From Calcarisporiella thermophila CBS 279.70 (taxonomy: Eukaryota; Fungi; Calcarisporiellomycota): DNA of 64,000 nt. Positions 1 through 10,407 of this stretch are shown piece after piece. The notes beneath the pieces are model-generated. The model did no database searches, was not told the DNA's origin, and saw only the letters and a list, made by a program, of their open reading frames with translations. How positions within the stretch are numbered: the first letter of the stretch is position 1; the number at the start of each line of letters is the position of its first letter. The position numbers and the translations under genes were made by a program. Location: assembly GCF_041956535.1 (NCBI RefSeq), contig NW_027192193.1, positions 574,235 through 638,234 on the forward strand, in the 5' to 3' direction.

Positions 1-1
1 G

Positions 2-211
2 GACAGCTCTGCCTGTATAGCGACCCACTGTATTGCCGGGCTTGGGCGCGCCCCCGTGCTAGTTGCTCTGGCCCTCATCGAGAGAGGCATGGCCCCTCTG
101 GATGCGGTCGCGTATCTCCGACGTGTACGCCCTGGATGCATTAACAAGTGGCAGCTGGAGTACATTGAAAACTACAAGAGGAGGAGCAAGTCCAAGTGTG
201 TTATATGTTGA
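2..211 (+). CDS. Protein tyrosine phosphatase type IVA (PRL family), 3' end only
   Basis: Frame 2 reads [30 protein letters not shown]...[11 protein letters not shown]: PRL active-site signature HCxAGLGRAP, polybasic tail and C-terminal CaaX box. Not in the ORF track; the start lies upstream of the window. Confidence 0.9.
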   Translation, partial: DSSACIATHCIAGLGRAPVLVALALIERGMAPLDAVAYLRRVRPGCINKWQLEYIENYKRRSKSKCVIC

Positions 212-1038
212 CTTTAATTTTTTTTAGAGTAGCCCCTATTTTAATGGTAATTCCGAAAAAAAAAAGTTTCACCCTATCTTACACGTTATCAGGCTTTATT
301 TCTGGTATTTAATCTTTGGAATCATGGGGAATCATTTGTTTTCTCAGCATTTTTTCTTTTTTCAATCCTCTCTCCTTCCACTTTTCGGCTTTCTCGCTTT
401 ATTTCCTATCTATACACACACACGCAAGTATATATATATATATATTTTTCCTTCTTCTTCTGCTTTTCTCTTTTAAATGCTTTTCGTTGTTCTATTTTAC
501 AAAATGATAATACTATAGACTTGTTTCTTTTGTTGCAATAACGTGTTCCATTAGCAACCCCATGACTTTCTGCTACTGAAGCTTCTCTCCGCGTTGCACC
601 CGGAAGTTTGGCCCCCAGGCTGGTCGGCTGGCCGGTTCCCGCGCCATGCAGAGAGGGGTGGACGGCTGCAGCGGCGATCGGGGTTGGTATGGGCAGCGCC
701 CACGGAGGGCCCAAGATTAGGTTGGAAACTCTATCCCCGCCCCTATTGTGCCATGTGGCATCGGTCGCCAGATATGCACTGCAAAAACACACCCCACCAA
801 CCAGGGCCGGCCTCCTTAATTAAAATTGGTATATGCCACAAATTCGAAACATCGATTTTTCTCCCAACCATCCCATCTAAAAACTCATTAGCACCATTCA
901 TCCCGCCGCCCCTCCCGTTTTCCTCCCCTCAATGCTCTTCCCTCCGCTCGTTTTCTCACTCTAATCCATTCGCATTCTTTCTTTTCCCCCCCAATCATCC
1001 CGGGTCGGATTCTGTCTTTTTCTGGATTGCATGGGACA

Positions 1039-2496
1039 ATGACCCACCTCTCGCCACATCGATCCCCATCATCCGCATCATTAACCGATTGGGCCCCTCG
1101 ACATCCTCGGCGCCGCACATTTTTCACGATCCTCGGTGCATTCATAGTTATCACGGTGTTTTGGCTCCTCTATTCCGTTCAAGACGGGCGGGGACTGATG
1201 CACCTGTGCCAAGAATGTCAGATGCTGAGTGAAGAACAGACGCTGGCGTCGGCCACGCCGGATTACCTCCTGGAGCTCGAGCAGCTGAACGAGAGGCCCG
1301 TACCCCGCAAGAAAGGGGAGAAATACCTAGCCTATCTGTGTAAGTGCACCAGAGATTTGAACTCTGCCGCGGCCTTTGCTCTGCTGATGCTGACGCTCTT
1401 TCCGAATCCATTAGCCTGCTCGGGATTCCACAATCAGCGGGTTGAGCTGGCCAACGCCATGATGCTGGCCCATCTCCTCAATCGCACGCTCTTGGTTCCG
1501 CCCATCACCCTGGGCAAGGTGGTTGGATGGCGGCCGTACGACAAGCTCCTCAGGACCATTTTGCGGCGTGATCGCCTCAAACTCCGCACCTGCACGCCCT
1601 CCTCGCCCAAGCGGCATACGGACGAGTGCGGGCTCGCCAATCGGTACACCTACTTGCACTGGGACTACCTAATGTCGTTCAGAGATCTGAGGGGGATGCT
1701 GAAGATGAAGAAGCGCCACGACCACACCCCCGAGTGGCTGGAGAGGGAGCTGGGGGTTCGGGGTGAGGACGTGTTCTACATCAAGGACAACTCCATGTAT
1801 GAGTACCGCATCCTGGAATCAAACCAAACCCTTGAAAAGTATAGCTACGGCGTGTCCGTCGACGCGCTGCGAAAGGTCCCCCACAGGCTGCTCCACTTCG
1901 GCAGCATGTTTGGCGGGCAGCGGCTTGCGCTGAGCAAGGAGAACGAGGCGCTGTACCAGCGCATCCTCGAGAGCTTCATGGTGACCCACCCCGCCATCGA
2001 GGCCACGGTGGGGGACATCGTGGCCAGGCTGGGAGGGGCCTGGGGGTTTTCGTCGGCCCACGTGCGGGTCGGGGACGGAGCCTTCCGCGAGAACGCCAAG
2101 GACTCCGTCAACCTGATCCTCAGCGAGCTCAAGGAGCACTTCCCCCCGCCCACCCTCCGGCCCCACTCCGCCGCCGATTGTCGGCGCGACGTCCCGTTCC
2201 TGTTCCTCGCCACGGATGCGCGCCACCCGAAAACCAGCGAGGTGCTGCGGGGGTTCTACGAGCAGTATCCCTGCATCGCCACCCTCTCCGACATGTTCGA
2301 CTTGACGCAGTCGCCGCTGTGGGGCCTGCGAAACGAGCTCGACAACATCCCGCTGGGAAAGCTGCTCATCCCCTTTGTCGATGCGCTGGTCGCCGCGAGG
2401 GGCGAGTACTTTGTGCAGACCCATAATTCGACCTTTTCGAGATACGTCATGCTGATCAGGCAAAGATTACGACGGGCTGCTGGGCTGCTTGTCTAA
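1039..2496 (+). CDS. Type II membrane O-fucosyltransferase-like glycosyltransferase (POFUT2/GT68-like)
   Basis: N-terminal TM anchor (FFTILGAFIVITVFWLLY); motifs SGFHNQR, AHVRVGDG, LFLATD, DALVAARGEYFVQTHNSTFS. Probable in-frame 75-nt intron 1340-1414 (GTAAGT...GCTGAC...TTAG). First ATG at 1039. Confidence 0.75.
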   Translation: MTHLSPHRSPSSASLTDWAPRHPRRRTFFTILGAFIVITVFWLLYSVQDGRGLMHLCQECQMLSEEQTLASATPDYLLELEQLNERPVPRKKGEKYLAYLCKCTRDLNSAAAFALLMLTLFPNPLACSGFHNQRVELANAMMLAHLLNRTLLVPPITLGKVVGWRPYDKLLRTILRRDRLKLRTCTPSSPKRHTDECGLANRYTYLHWDYLMSFRDLRGMLKMKKRHDHTPEWLERELGVRGEDVFYIKDNSMYEYRILESNQTLEKYSYGVSVDALRKVPHRLLHFGSMFGGQRLALSKENEALYQRILESFMVTHPAIEATVGDIVARLGGAWGFSSAHVRVGDGAFRENAKDSVNLILSELKEHFPPPTLRPHSAADCRRDVPFLFLATDARHPKTSEVLRGFYEQYPCIATLSDMFDLTQSPLWGLRNELDNIPLGKLLIPFVDALVAARGEYFVQTHNSTFSRYVMLIRQRLRRAAGLLV

Positions 2497-3376
2497 CTCC
2501 TTGACCCCCCCCCCCCCTTCCTCCTTTCTCTCTCTCTTTCTCTCTAATACACACACACTCGCACTCCCCTGCCAACTGAATATTTCTCTGTCACTCATGG
2601 TTAATTTTTCTATTTTCGTAATATAATCGAGCTCCATCCTGGGCCCCGCCCCTTCTCGCGAGGGGAACCGGCCTCCCAAGTAGTTCTATATCACGAAATT
2701 TAGCAAGATTATATTTGTCAACTCCTCCCTAACGTGATGACCTCTCTCCGGCCGTGTAAAATTTCCAAATACTTTCGTTGTCCCAGCCCTCCCCTTCTCA
2801 TATGAATAAAAGGATGTTTTTTCTGAAGGGCCGACGTGGAAAAAAAAGTTTGCTTGGGACGCTAGTGATATTATGATTATTTTTCTTTTTCACTCCCCGA
2901 CACTCCTTTGGAAACATGGAGCAAAATAGGAAGGAAAATAAAAAAAAAAGAGCCCACAAGTCGCAGTCGCGATTACCGGGCTCTCCACCATTTAACCTAA
3001 GGAGGCCTACGCTGGGTCAACAATGCATGGGTCCAAAGCGAAAGAAAAGGGAAAAAAAAGGAAACCGACCGAAGCTATTATGGCTAATATATTCTCGATC
3101 TCCTCTAGGTGGTCCCTTTGGATTTTCTATTCGCGCGATCTGGTCAATAAGCTTTCGCACAAATAGAGAAATGTGGGTTAGGTTGATGGGTCCAAGGGGG
3201 ACCACTTGGCCATAAGACCGAAATAGGGTCAGATATAAAAGGATAGAGGAGTGTCGAGGCTCTTTTGCTTGCTACTTCCTCACCACTTCCATTCATCGAG
3301 TCCTATTTTCTGTGTTCGCTGGTCGAAGCCTAACAGACGCCAATCTTTACCACACTCTCCCCACCCCCTAGACACC

Positions 3377-4299
3377 ATGCTCTTCAAATCGTCGCTTGTG
3401 ACTGCTCTCCTGCTTTCCGCTATCCCCTCGTTTGTCGCGGCTCACGGTCGGATGGTACCCTTTGTTTTTTTTTGGGACCCACCGTTCCACTACCCGGTCC
3501 GTTCCTGGCTAACTTTCGCATGAATAGGTCTCTCCTCCGATTCGCTTGAAGCCTGGCGACCAGAACAACGGCTTCGACTTTGCCAAGGGGCCTAATACGC
3601 GTCAGCCTTGTGGCGGTTTGGTTCGTATCCTTGCCTTCGCGTCCTGCTTGGCCTCTGGGCTCAGTTGGACCCCTCCCCCTCCCCAAAAGAGATCCCACTA
3701 ATCCTCGGCAACTTTTTCCCTCGTAGCCTGCAGGTAACGTCCAGGCCAACTTCCAGCCCGGCGCGCAAATCCCCATTAAGTGGCAGATCACCGCCGCTCA
3801 CAAGGGTCCGTGCTTCATCGAGCTCTCGACGGACGGCCGGGATGGCAACTTCAAGACCCTGAAGACGCTGCCCAACTGTGCCGAGACCAACGGAGACTTC
3901 TCGGACTCTGTCTCGCCAGGCAACGTCCAGTGCGACAAGTGCACGCTTCGATTCCGCTGGCAAGCCAAGCTGACGGGCGAAACCTACATCAACTGCGCCG
4001 ACATCTCGATCGGCGGAAAAGGCGGGGCAGCGCAGCAAGCAGGCTCGTCGGGAGCTAACAATGCAGGCCAAGGGCAAGCTCAGGATCAAGCTCAAGGTCA
4101 AGGCCAAGCCGGCCGGGGACGTCAGCCAGGTCAGGGCCAAAGACAACCTGGACAAAGGCAGCCAGGACAGAGGCAACAGGGACAAAGACTGCCAGGACAG
4201 GGTCAGCGGCAGCAGGGTAATCGTCGGGTGCAAGGCGGCAATCGCCGATTTGGGGCCAACCGCCGGGTGGGTGGCAACCGCCGTGCTGGGCGGAACTAA
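3377..4299 (+). CDS. Secreted His-brace lytic polysaccharide monooxygenase-like protein (AA11-like) with Q/G/R-rich tail
   Basis: Exons 3377-3454, 3528-3620, 3727-4299 join in frame (247 aa). Signal peptide ends ...FVAA with His as residue 23; second His in TAAHKGPC; GETYINCADI motif; TATAAA near 3234. Confidence 0.8.
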
Positions 4300-4666
4300 A
4301 CCCCTCCTCCCCACTCCTCGCCACATGGGAATGCTGGCTTCGTTCCTATCTCCATCTCGCTTTCATTTCCTCTGCACCCCAGCCCCATTTCTCGCTTGAA
4401 GAGTTTATTGTTTGTACTCGGGTTTGAGATAATATATATCAAATTTATTTATAGAAGAAAAGACAATAGAGTGAAAGAGCGTTTTGCGCTCACTGGAATC
4501 AGAAGCGTGGTGTAAAATGGAATAATTTATCTAGTTGACATGGATGAAGTAGAGTATATGTCAAGCGGGCTCGGTTGGGGGGGGGGGAGGAAAAGGAAAA
4601 GAAATGGAAAAGGAAAAAAAAATCAATATATGAAATGAAATCAAATCGATCTATATATCCTAAAGA

Positions 4667-5767
4667 TTACAGCGCCAGCGACCACAGCGCAAGGAGGGTC
4701 AGCGACGTCCAGAGGGCGGCAAATGAGTTGGGCAAGCCTGCAGCCGCGCTCTTTTTGCCCTGCATCGGGCTGCCGAGCGCTCTGGCGACATAGGGCACCC
4801 CGTTCAGCTGCGACACGAGTTTGAGCACCTGGCCGTCGTTGGCCGTGTACCAGTCGACGGCGATGAAGTTGGCGTTTCGCCCAAAGGTTTGCGAGCACGA
4901 GTTCACGTGATCCACCAGCACCTGGCCGTTCGTCACGTTCTGCTGGCCTTGCTGGGGCAGCTCCACCTGCTGGCCGCCGATAGTGAGCGCGCTGTAGATG
5001 AAGTGGTTGATCAAATACATCTTGCCGTTGGGCGACGTTCCGGCGGGGCGGTCGACGGTGCAAGTGAAGGCGTCGTTGCTTGGGACTTGGAAGGGCGTCT
5101 CGAACACGTACTCGAATTCCGGGATCAACCTGGAGCGGGATGGGGGGAGGAGAAATATGCAAGATTCAGTATGCAGGTCCGATCACTCGAGCCACCGCCG
5201 AGCTCACTCTACTTACCAGGGCTGCGAGTCGTCCGTGCTATCGCCGATGAAGTTCACGATTCGCTTTCCCTGCTTCACCAGGTCGCCCAGCGTCGGCCAC
5301 GGGGCCCCGGGGGTGTGGGAGTACACCATGTCCATCACCCCTGCGCTCTGGTACACCTGGGCAAATGTGCTGGCGGGGAACTTGTCGAAGTTCTCCCAGA
5401 AGATGGTGACCACCTCCTGCGGGTTGGCCTGCAGGAAGGTCTTGATGTTTTTCAGCGTGTTGCCCGCACTGCCTGCGTCGAGCAGGTCGCAGCTTGTATG
5501 GCACAGCTGGATCACGTTGGCCTCTTTGCCCGCGGGCGGCTTGTGGGCATCGAGCATGAGCCCGCGAATTCCATCCTTGAGCTGGGTGGGGATGTCGAAT
5601 TGCTGGTTGGCGGCGGTGTTGAAGCCGGATGCAAAGGAATTGTGCGTGGTCGCGTAGGCGAGCTGGTTGTAGGGCTTGGAGCAGAGATCCGGCGACCCGT
5701 TGCAGGCCAAGGACGGCGTGGCCAGGAGGAGGGCGAATGCAAGGGCGAGGGTGCGGGAATGCATCAT
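4667..5767 (-). CDS. Secreted, probably GPI-anchored PLC-like phosphodiesterase (PI-PLC X-domain fold)
   Basis: Signal peptide; CNGSPDLCSKPYNQL..TTHNS, QLKDGIRGLMLDAH, LCHTSC, NPQEVVTIFWEN, YLINHF, NFIAVDW; hydrophobic C-terminus. One intron at 5130-5216. Confidence 0.85.
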
Positions 5768-6152
5768 GGCGAGCTCTGGAATGCTAGCAATGGAGGAGGG
5801 CGGGAGTGGGAGGAGGGGGCGCGGGAGCAAGAGAGGGCGGCGATGGAAGGCTAAGAATTCTGAGGAGAGGCTCCCGCTGTTCCATACAATTGAGGAAATG
5901 GATCGAATTGTGGCCTGGGCTCCGATTTAAATTTCCCAACACTGCTTCTGACTGGAAGCCGTCCGTAAAGGGTGGAACAGCTTCTTGACCCTGTTTCAGA
6001 AGCCTTAGGCTCGCCCGTCTTGGCTGCCCGGCTCCGGTCCACGGCCTGGGGAAGAGCCTAGGGGCTGCAGCAACACAAAACCGAGCGCTTGGGGTGGGGG
6101 AGCAGGGGGACCATGACGCTGCATCAAGGTTGAAACCGCCGCGATCGATGAC

Positions 6153-6168
6153 GGGCTAAATTTAGCCC
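6153..6168. promoter_or_regulatory. Perfect 16-bp palindrome containing a MEF2/Rlm1-type CTA(W)4TAG site
   Basis: GGGCTAAATTTAGCCC lies in the divergent intergenic region between the PLC-like gene and the C2H2 gene. Confidence 0.4.
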
Positions 6169-6714
6169 AGCTTATCAAGGCGTCCCGCACATCCTCGATC
6201 GAAGCGTGCCAGCCTCGCTGTGCCGCAGTGCGCCTCCTCAGCCGCCCGCCACGGTGGTGGTCTCGGGCGCAGGGGGCGTGCTCGACCCGCCCGTGCCTGC
6301 GCCGCTCTCGTGCGCGCCCCCGCCGGCCAGCGCTCCCGCCCCCGCGCGGTACTCGAAAAGGACCGGTTTAGGGTTGACTTGCTTGCTAGCAAGCCGATGC
6401 CATTACATCATGCGCCCCCCGAGATCCTTGGACCCGCCAGCGTTACACGGCCGGAGGTGATGGGTCACTGTTTGAAATTCCCTAAGAAGCATCTAAGCTT
6501 TTCCGCTCGAAAGCAGAGCTGATCACCCCTGGCCGGTTTCGCTTCCCCACCAGGCGGTGAGCATTGCCAAAAGCTTGGCCAAATTTTCGTCGGCATTTCA
6601 AATCGCGACGGTTGTGGGAGAGCGGTGCATGGCAGATCTGTCGTCGATGGAGTGGGTCTATTTTTAACTTTTATCCATCCCGCTGCTGCCCCTCTTTGCT
6701 TTTTCCCTCTCCCG

Positions 6715-6752
6715 CTCTCCTCTCCTCTCCTCTCCTCTCCTCTCCTCTCCTC
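6715..6752. repeat. (CTCTC)n pentanucleotide microsatellite
   Basis: About 7 perfect copies upstream of the C2H2 gene. Confidence 0.85.
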
Positions 6753-6998
6753 GCCCGCCTCTCCCCTCCTCGCCCGCCCTCGCCCGGGGGATATAGACCA
6801 GCCAATCGCCACGCCTAATGCGCATGCCTCATCCCTAATCTGCCCTGCCTGTATATTCTTATTTATCTCAACCCGAATCCCACCCTCCAGTTTATTTATC
6901 CTCGCTAGTATTGCTCCTCCTCCTACTGTTTAGCGTATCTTCTCCTCCCCCTCCCCCTCCCCCTCCCCGGCAATTCGACCTCCAGCTATCACTCCCCG

Positions 6999-8249
6999 AT
7001 GCAACAGACCCACGTCGCCCTCCCATCCATTCGCACCCTGCTCGCCGAGCCTGTTCCTGGTAAATGGGGTTGCATGCCCACGCCCCCTCCCTTTCCCTAA
7101 TCGTATACTTTTGTAGGGCCTCGGGCCTCGGGCCTTCATCAACGGCACGTCTCATCCCCGTTTTCATCATTTCCCGATCGTGATCCCCATGCGCCTCGCC
7201 GCGGACACATGAGATCAGGCAGCGATGGCTTTGCCCCCTCCTTTACCTTTCCTCCCCGAGAGCCATCACAGGTCCCATCCCCTTCTGCCGCGCCCGCCTC
7301 TCAGCAGTCGCCCATGTTCAGCCCGCACATCGGAAAGCTCACCCATGCCCTGGCTCACACGAAGCTTGGGGATCCCCCCGAAAATCCGCTTGGCACCATG
7401 GAACCAGACCTGGCCAAAATGAGGGGCGTAGAGGTGTTCAACAGAGACCTGACCCTCCCAGCGCTCCCTCAGACCGGCCCGGCCCGCGGCTGGCCTCCCG
7501 CCCAGAATAATGGGTTCCCCCACGCCAATTCCCCCTCGCGACTAGCGGACCCCAAACATTCCACCTCCTCATACCACCTGAGCCCCCCGAACGCATTCCC
7601 CCCGTCCTCTCCCCTTGAAAAAGCTCGGCTGCGGCCCCACTCCCACCATCGATCCGTCTCGGACCTCACGCACCCATATTCCCCCCACCGCGAGCTCGCC
7701 CCCCTGCATGCCCTCAATCCTGCCCCACCCGCCTCCTCGGCCTCTTCCGCAAGCGACGGCCCCCTCCCTCCGCGCTTACACCACCCCCACCAACATAGAC
7801 GTGCCGCTTCGCACACGAGCATCGACAGCCTGATCAACCGCGAGTCGGGCGCAGAGCGGATCCTTCCCCCGCTGCCCGTCCCTCCCGCGCTGCAGGAGAC
7901 GAGCGGGAGCCCGGGGCCCAAGCCAAGCTCCCAGGCCCCCTCGGCCTCGCCGGCACACTCTCCTCCCCGTGCGCCTTCCTCCACCTCGCCGCTGGCAACC
8001 TCGCCCGCCCTGACCCCCGCAGCCAACCCTCCACCGCCGCCCAGCCATGGGTCGCAGAACCGCTACCAGTGCCCCTACTGTCCAAAGCGCTTCTCCCGGC
8101 CGAGCTCATTAAAAATTCACACCTACTCGCACACCGGCGAGCGCCCTTTTGTCTGCTCGGTGGAGGGCTGTGGCCGCTCCTTCTCCGTCCAAAGCAATCT
8201 GAGACGTCACATGCGAGTGCACCGGACTGGGCGGTTGAAAAAGGAGTAA
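6999..8249 (+). CDS. C2H2 zinc-finger transcription factor (two C-terminal fingers, Nrg1-like)
   Basis: [53 protein letters not shown]. Upstream exon 6999-7059 ([15 protein letters not shown]) splices via intron 7060-7116 in frame with the 7209 ORF. Confidence 0.9.
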
Positions 8250-8611
8250 ATATCTGTCATGTTCTTCTCTTCCCCTCAGTGTAAATTATAGTTCCCGTCC
8301 AAAGCTAATATACAACTTTCTCCCCTTCCCCCTCCCACAATTTTCCATGTCCATCTCTTTCTACCCTCTCGCTTCGAACGAGCTCTCACTGAAAAGTCGC
8401 CAGCACTTTTATTTTTTTTTTTTTTTTACCACAAACTAATTCGTAAAAGACTCGTATACACAAATTGGATGGGGCTGCGTGAAAGAAGGATGCAGCCATC
8501 CTCGATCTCCAAAAGATCCATGTCTATTACAATGGAAGTTCGGTCGGGTCAATAACCCTTTTATCGTGCAAGGAAAAGGGGCCTTTTACTCTGGACAAGA
8601 ATTGATCCTCG

Positions 8612-9970
8612 TTAGTGGAAGGGGAGTGTGGGAAGAGCCTCCTCTGCTCTGGCCTGCATTTCGGGGGTGAAGTCCTGCTTCCAATCGCCGACATTGCCCT
8701 TTCTGAAAAACATGGCATTGTCGATGTTAGGGTTGAGAAGCGAGCTCCGCTTGGACGACCCCGAGTTAGCCATGGACTCGAAGCTGCATCTCTGAATAAT
8801 GTCGTCGATCTCCTTGTCCGTGAAATCAGGCCGGCCCAGGAATGCCGCGAGCCCCCTCACGGTCCTCGCCGTGTCATTCTTTAGGCTCTCAAAGGTGAGG
8901 AAGTGTATATTGGCGGAATCTCTCGCGCCCCAGTAGCTTTGCACATGGTCCTTGAAGGGGCCGGCAAAAAAGGCGCCGTTGCAATAATCGTCGAACATCC
9001 CCTCCATCGAGAAGTCGGGTTTGCTCCACGCGAGATTCTCGTTTTCCGAAGCTCTCTTGACAAAGTGAAAGTAGGAGATGAATGTGTCCCGCGGATCGCG
9101 TGAGACGTAGACGAATTTGCACCCGGACGCTTTGATGGAGTCGGGCAGGATGTGATACGGCAGGTGCGTTTGTAAGAAGCGAGGCGAGGGGAGCTCCTCT
9201 TCGCTCGGGATCTGGCCCTGCGCGGAGGGAGCGCGTGGAAACTCGATGGGTGGGGCCAACTCGTGCGGATTATACTGGTCGAATATGTTGGCCTTCTGCC
9301 GCCCATAGTTGAGAATGGTGTAGATGATCGCTTTGGTCCAGGTGGTTCCACTCTTGGCGATCGAGGCCAGGAGAATATCATCTGGCCGAGCTCGATAGTG
9401 CTTCCGAAGCTCTTTGATGCGTAGGAGAAAGAGCTCTGGGAACCATGTGTTCATGTACTTGACCAGGATGCCCCCATTGTGGGTTTGGTACTCTTCTATC
9501 CTATCGACGTACAGAGCAACCCCAAGCATGTAGGCGGCAGGATCTCTACCTCTGCCCCCCTTTAGCGCGCTGGAGAGCTCCTCCTGGAAATCCTTGTCCT
9601 TTGACAGGATGCCGACGGTCTCCAACACGTCCTTCTTTCCCGCGCACATTAGAGGAGAGGGGGGCTTCTGGAAGTTGGGGAATCGAGCTTGGAGCGCCTT
9701 GATGATGCCGCGTAGATGGCGGCTCACCGTCTCCTTGGCTTGTGGGCCTATGGGCCTCTGCTTGGGGAATTCGTCCGGCTTCCGGAGCGAGTAGGCGGTG
9801 CAGAGCGTGTGAATATCCTCGATCACCTCGTCCACATTCATACTCAGCAGTTCCAGAATCAGCTGAAGCCGCCGAACGGAATCCTCCTTCACGTCCGCCG
9901 GGGTTTTGTTTGTCTTGGTCAGCTGTAGCGCCTTATCAAGCGTGGACAGAGCCGAGTCTTTAGCGTCCAT
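8612..9970 (-). CDS. PAPS-dependent cytosolic-type sulfotransferase (SULT/SOT family) with N-terminal extension
   Basis: Intronless 452 aa; 5'-PSB loop RPDDILLASIAKSGTTW, catalytic His in PRFLQTHLP, 3'-PB motif YVSRDPRDTFISYFHF, C-terminal FFRKGNVGDWK. Confidence 0.93.
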   Translation of the reverse strand: MDAKDSALSTLDKALQLTKTNKTPADVKEDSVRRLQLILELLSMNVDEVIEDIHTLCTAYSLRKPDEFPKQRPIGPQAKETVSRHLRGIIKALQARFPNFQKPPSPLMCAGKKDVLETVGILSKDKDFQEELSSALKGGRGRDPAAYMLGVALYVDRIEEYQTHNGGILVKYMNTWFPELFLLRIKELRKHYRARPDDILLASIAKSGTTWTKAIIYTILNYGRQKANIFDQYNPHELAPPIEFPRAPSAQGQIPSEEELPSPRFLQTHLPYHILPDSIKASGCKFVYVSRDPRDTFISYFHFVKRASENENLAWSKPDFSMEGMFDDYCNGAFFAGPFKDHVQSYWGARDSANIHFLTFESLKNDTARTVRGLAAFLGRPDFTDKEIDDIIQRCSFESMANSGSSKRSSLLNPNIDNAMFFRKGNVGDWKQDFTPEMQARAEEALPTLPFH

Positions 9971-10407
9971 GGTGCAATCCTCGATACGAATTTCTCGGAT
10001 TGGCCGTGAAGGGTCTACTTATCTCACATGAACTGTGGCAAATTTTCTTTCGCGAGCTTTATGGAACTCGGAAGTATAGACGAGAAACATGCCTGGCTTT
10101 GTGATATGAATCGATTGGGTAGAAATACGATACGAATGCCATTTTCTACCGATTGGGTAGAAAATATCTTTGTAGAGTGCATTGGTTTTTATCCGGGGCC
10201 ACCAAGATACACCGTCCGTAGATCCTTAATGCTTCCTTGAAACGTAAACATGTTTAAATTGCTAAGGGATGAAAATTTACATTTTTGGAAATGATTGCCC
10301 ATTTGGGATGATGGCCTTGGTTGGATATAAATATACAGGCCATGGTGCCTTGGAAGTATCTCTTCACAACCTCCTTTTATCCCCACTCACTTTCCAACCA
10401 CGCGCCT
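9971..10407. promoter_or_regulatory. Bidirectional promoter of the sulfotransferase and P450
   Basis: Head-to-head genes; 14-bp direct repeat CGATTGGGTAGAAA (10112, 10150); 10-bp inverted repeat 10141-10165; several ATTGG (reverse CCAAT); TATAAATA at 10326. Confidence 0.6.

Noticed and set aside
594-1232. 212-aa ORF upstream of and overlapping the glycosyltransferase
   Set aside because: Non-ATG start, runs through promoter and pyrimidine-rich leader, no recognisable domain.
1340-1414. Stop-free in-frame introns (also 27613-27705 in CSL) as regulated intron retention
   Set aside because: Short 3n introns without stops arise by chance, and retention would interrupt conserved motifs; no evidence without RNA data.
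1819-5854. Long ORFs 1819-2463(-), 3661-4326(-), 4889-5854(+), 4998-5657(+)
   Set aside because: Antisense shadows of GC-rich real genes, with no motifs of their own.
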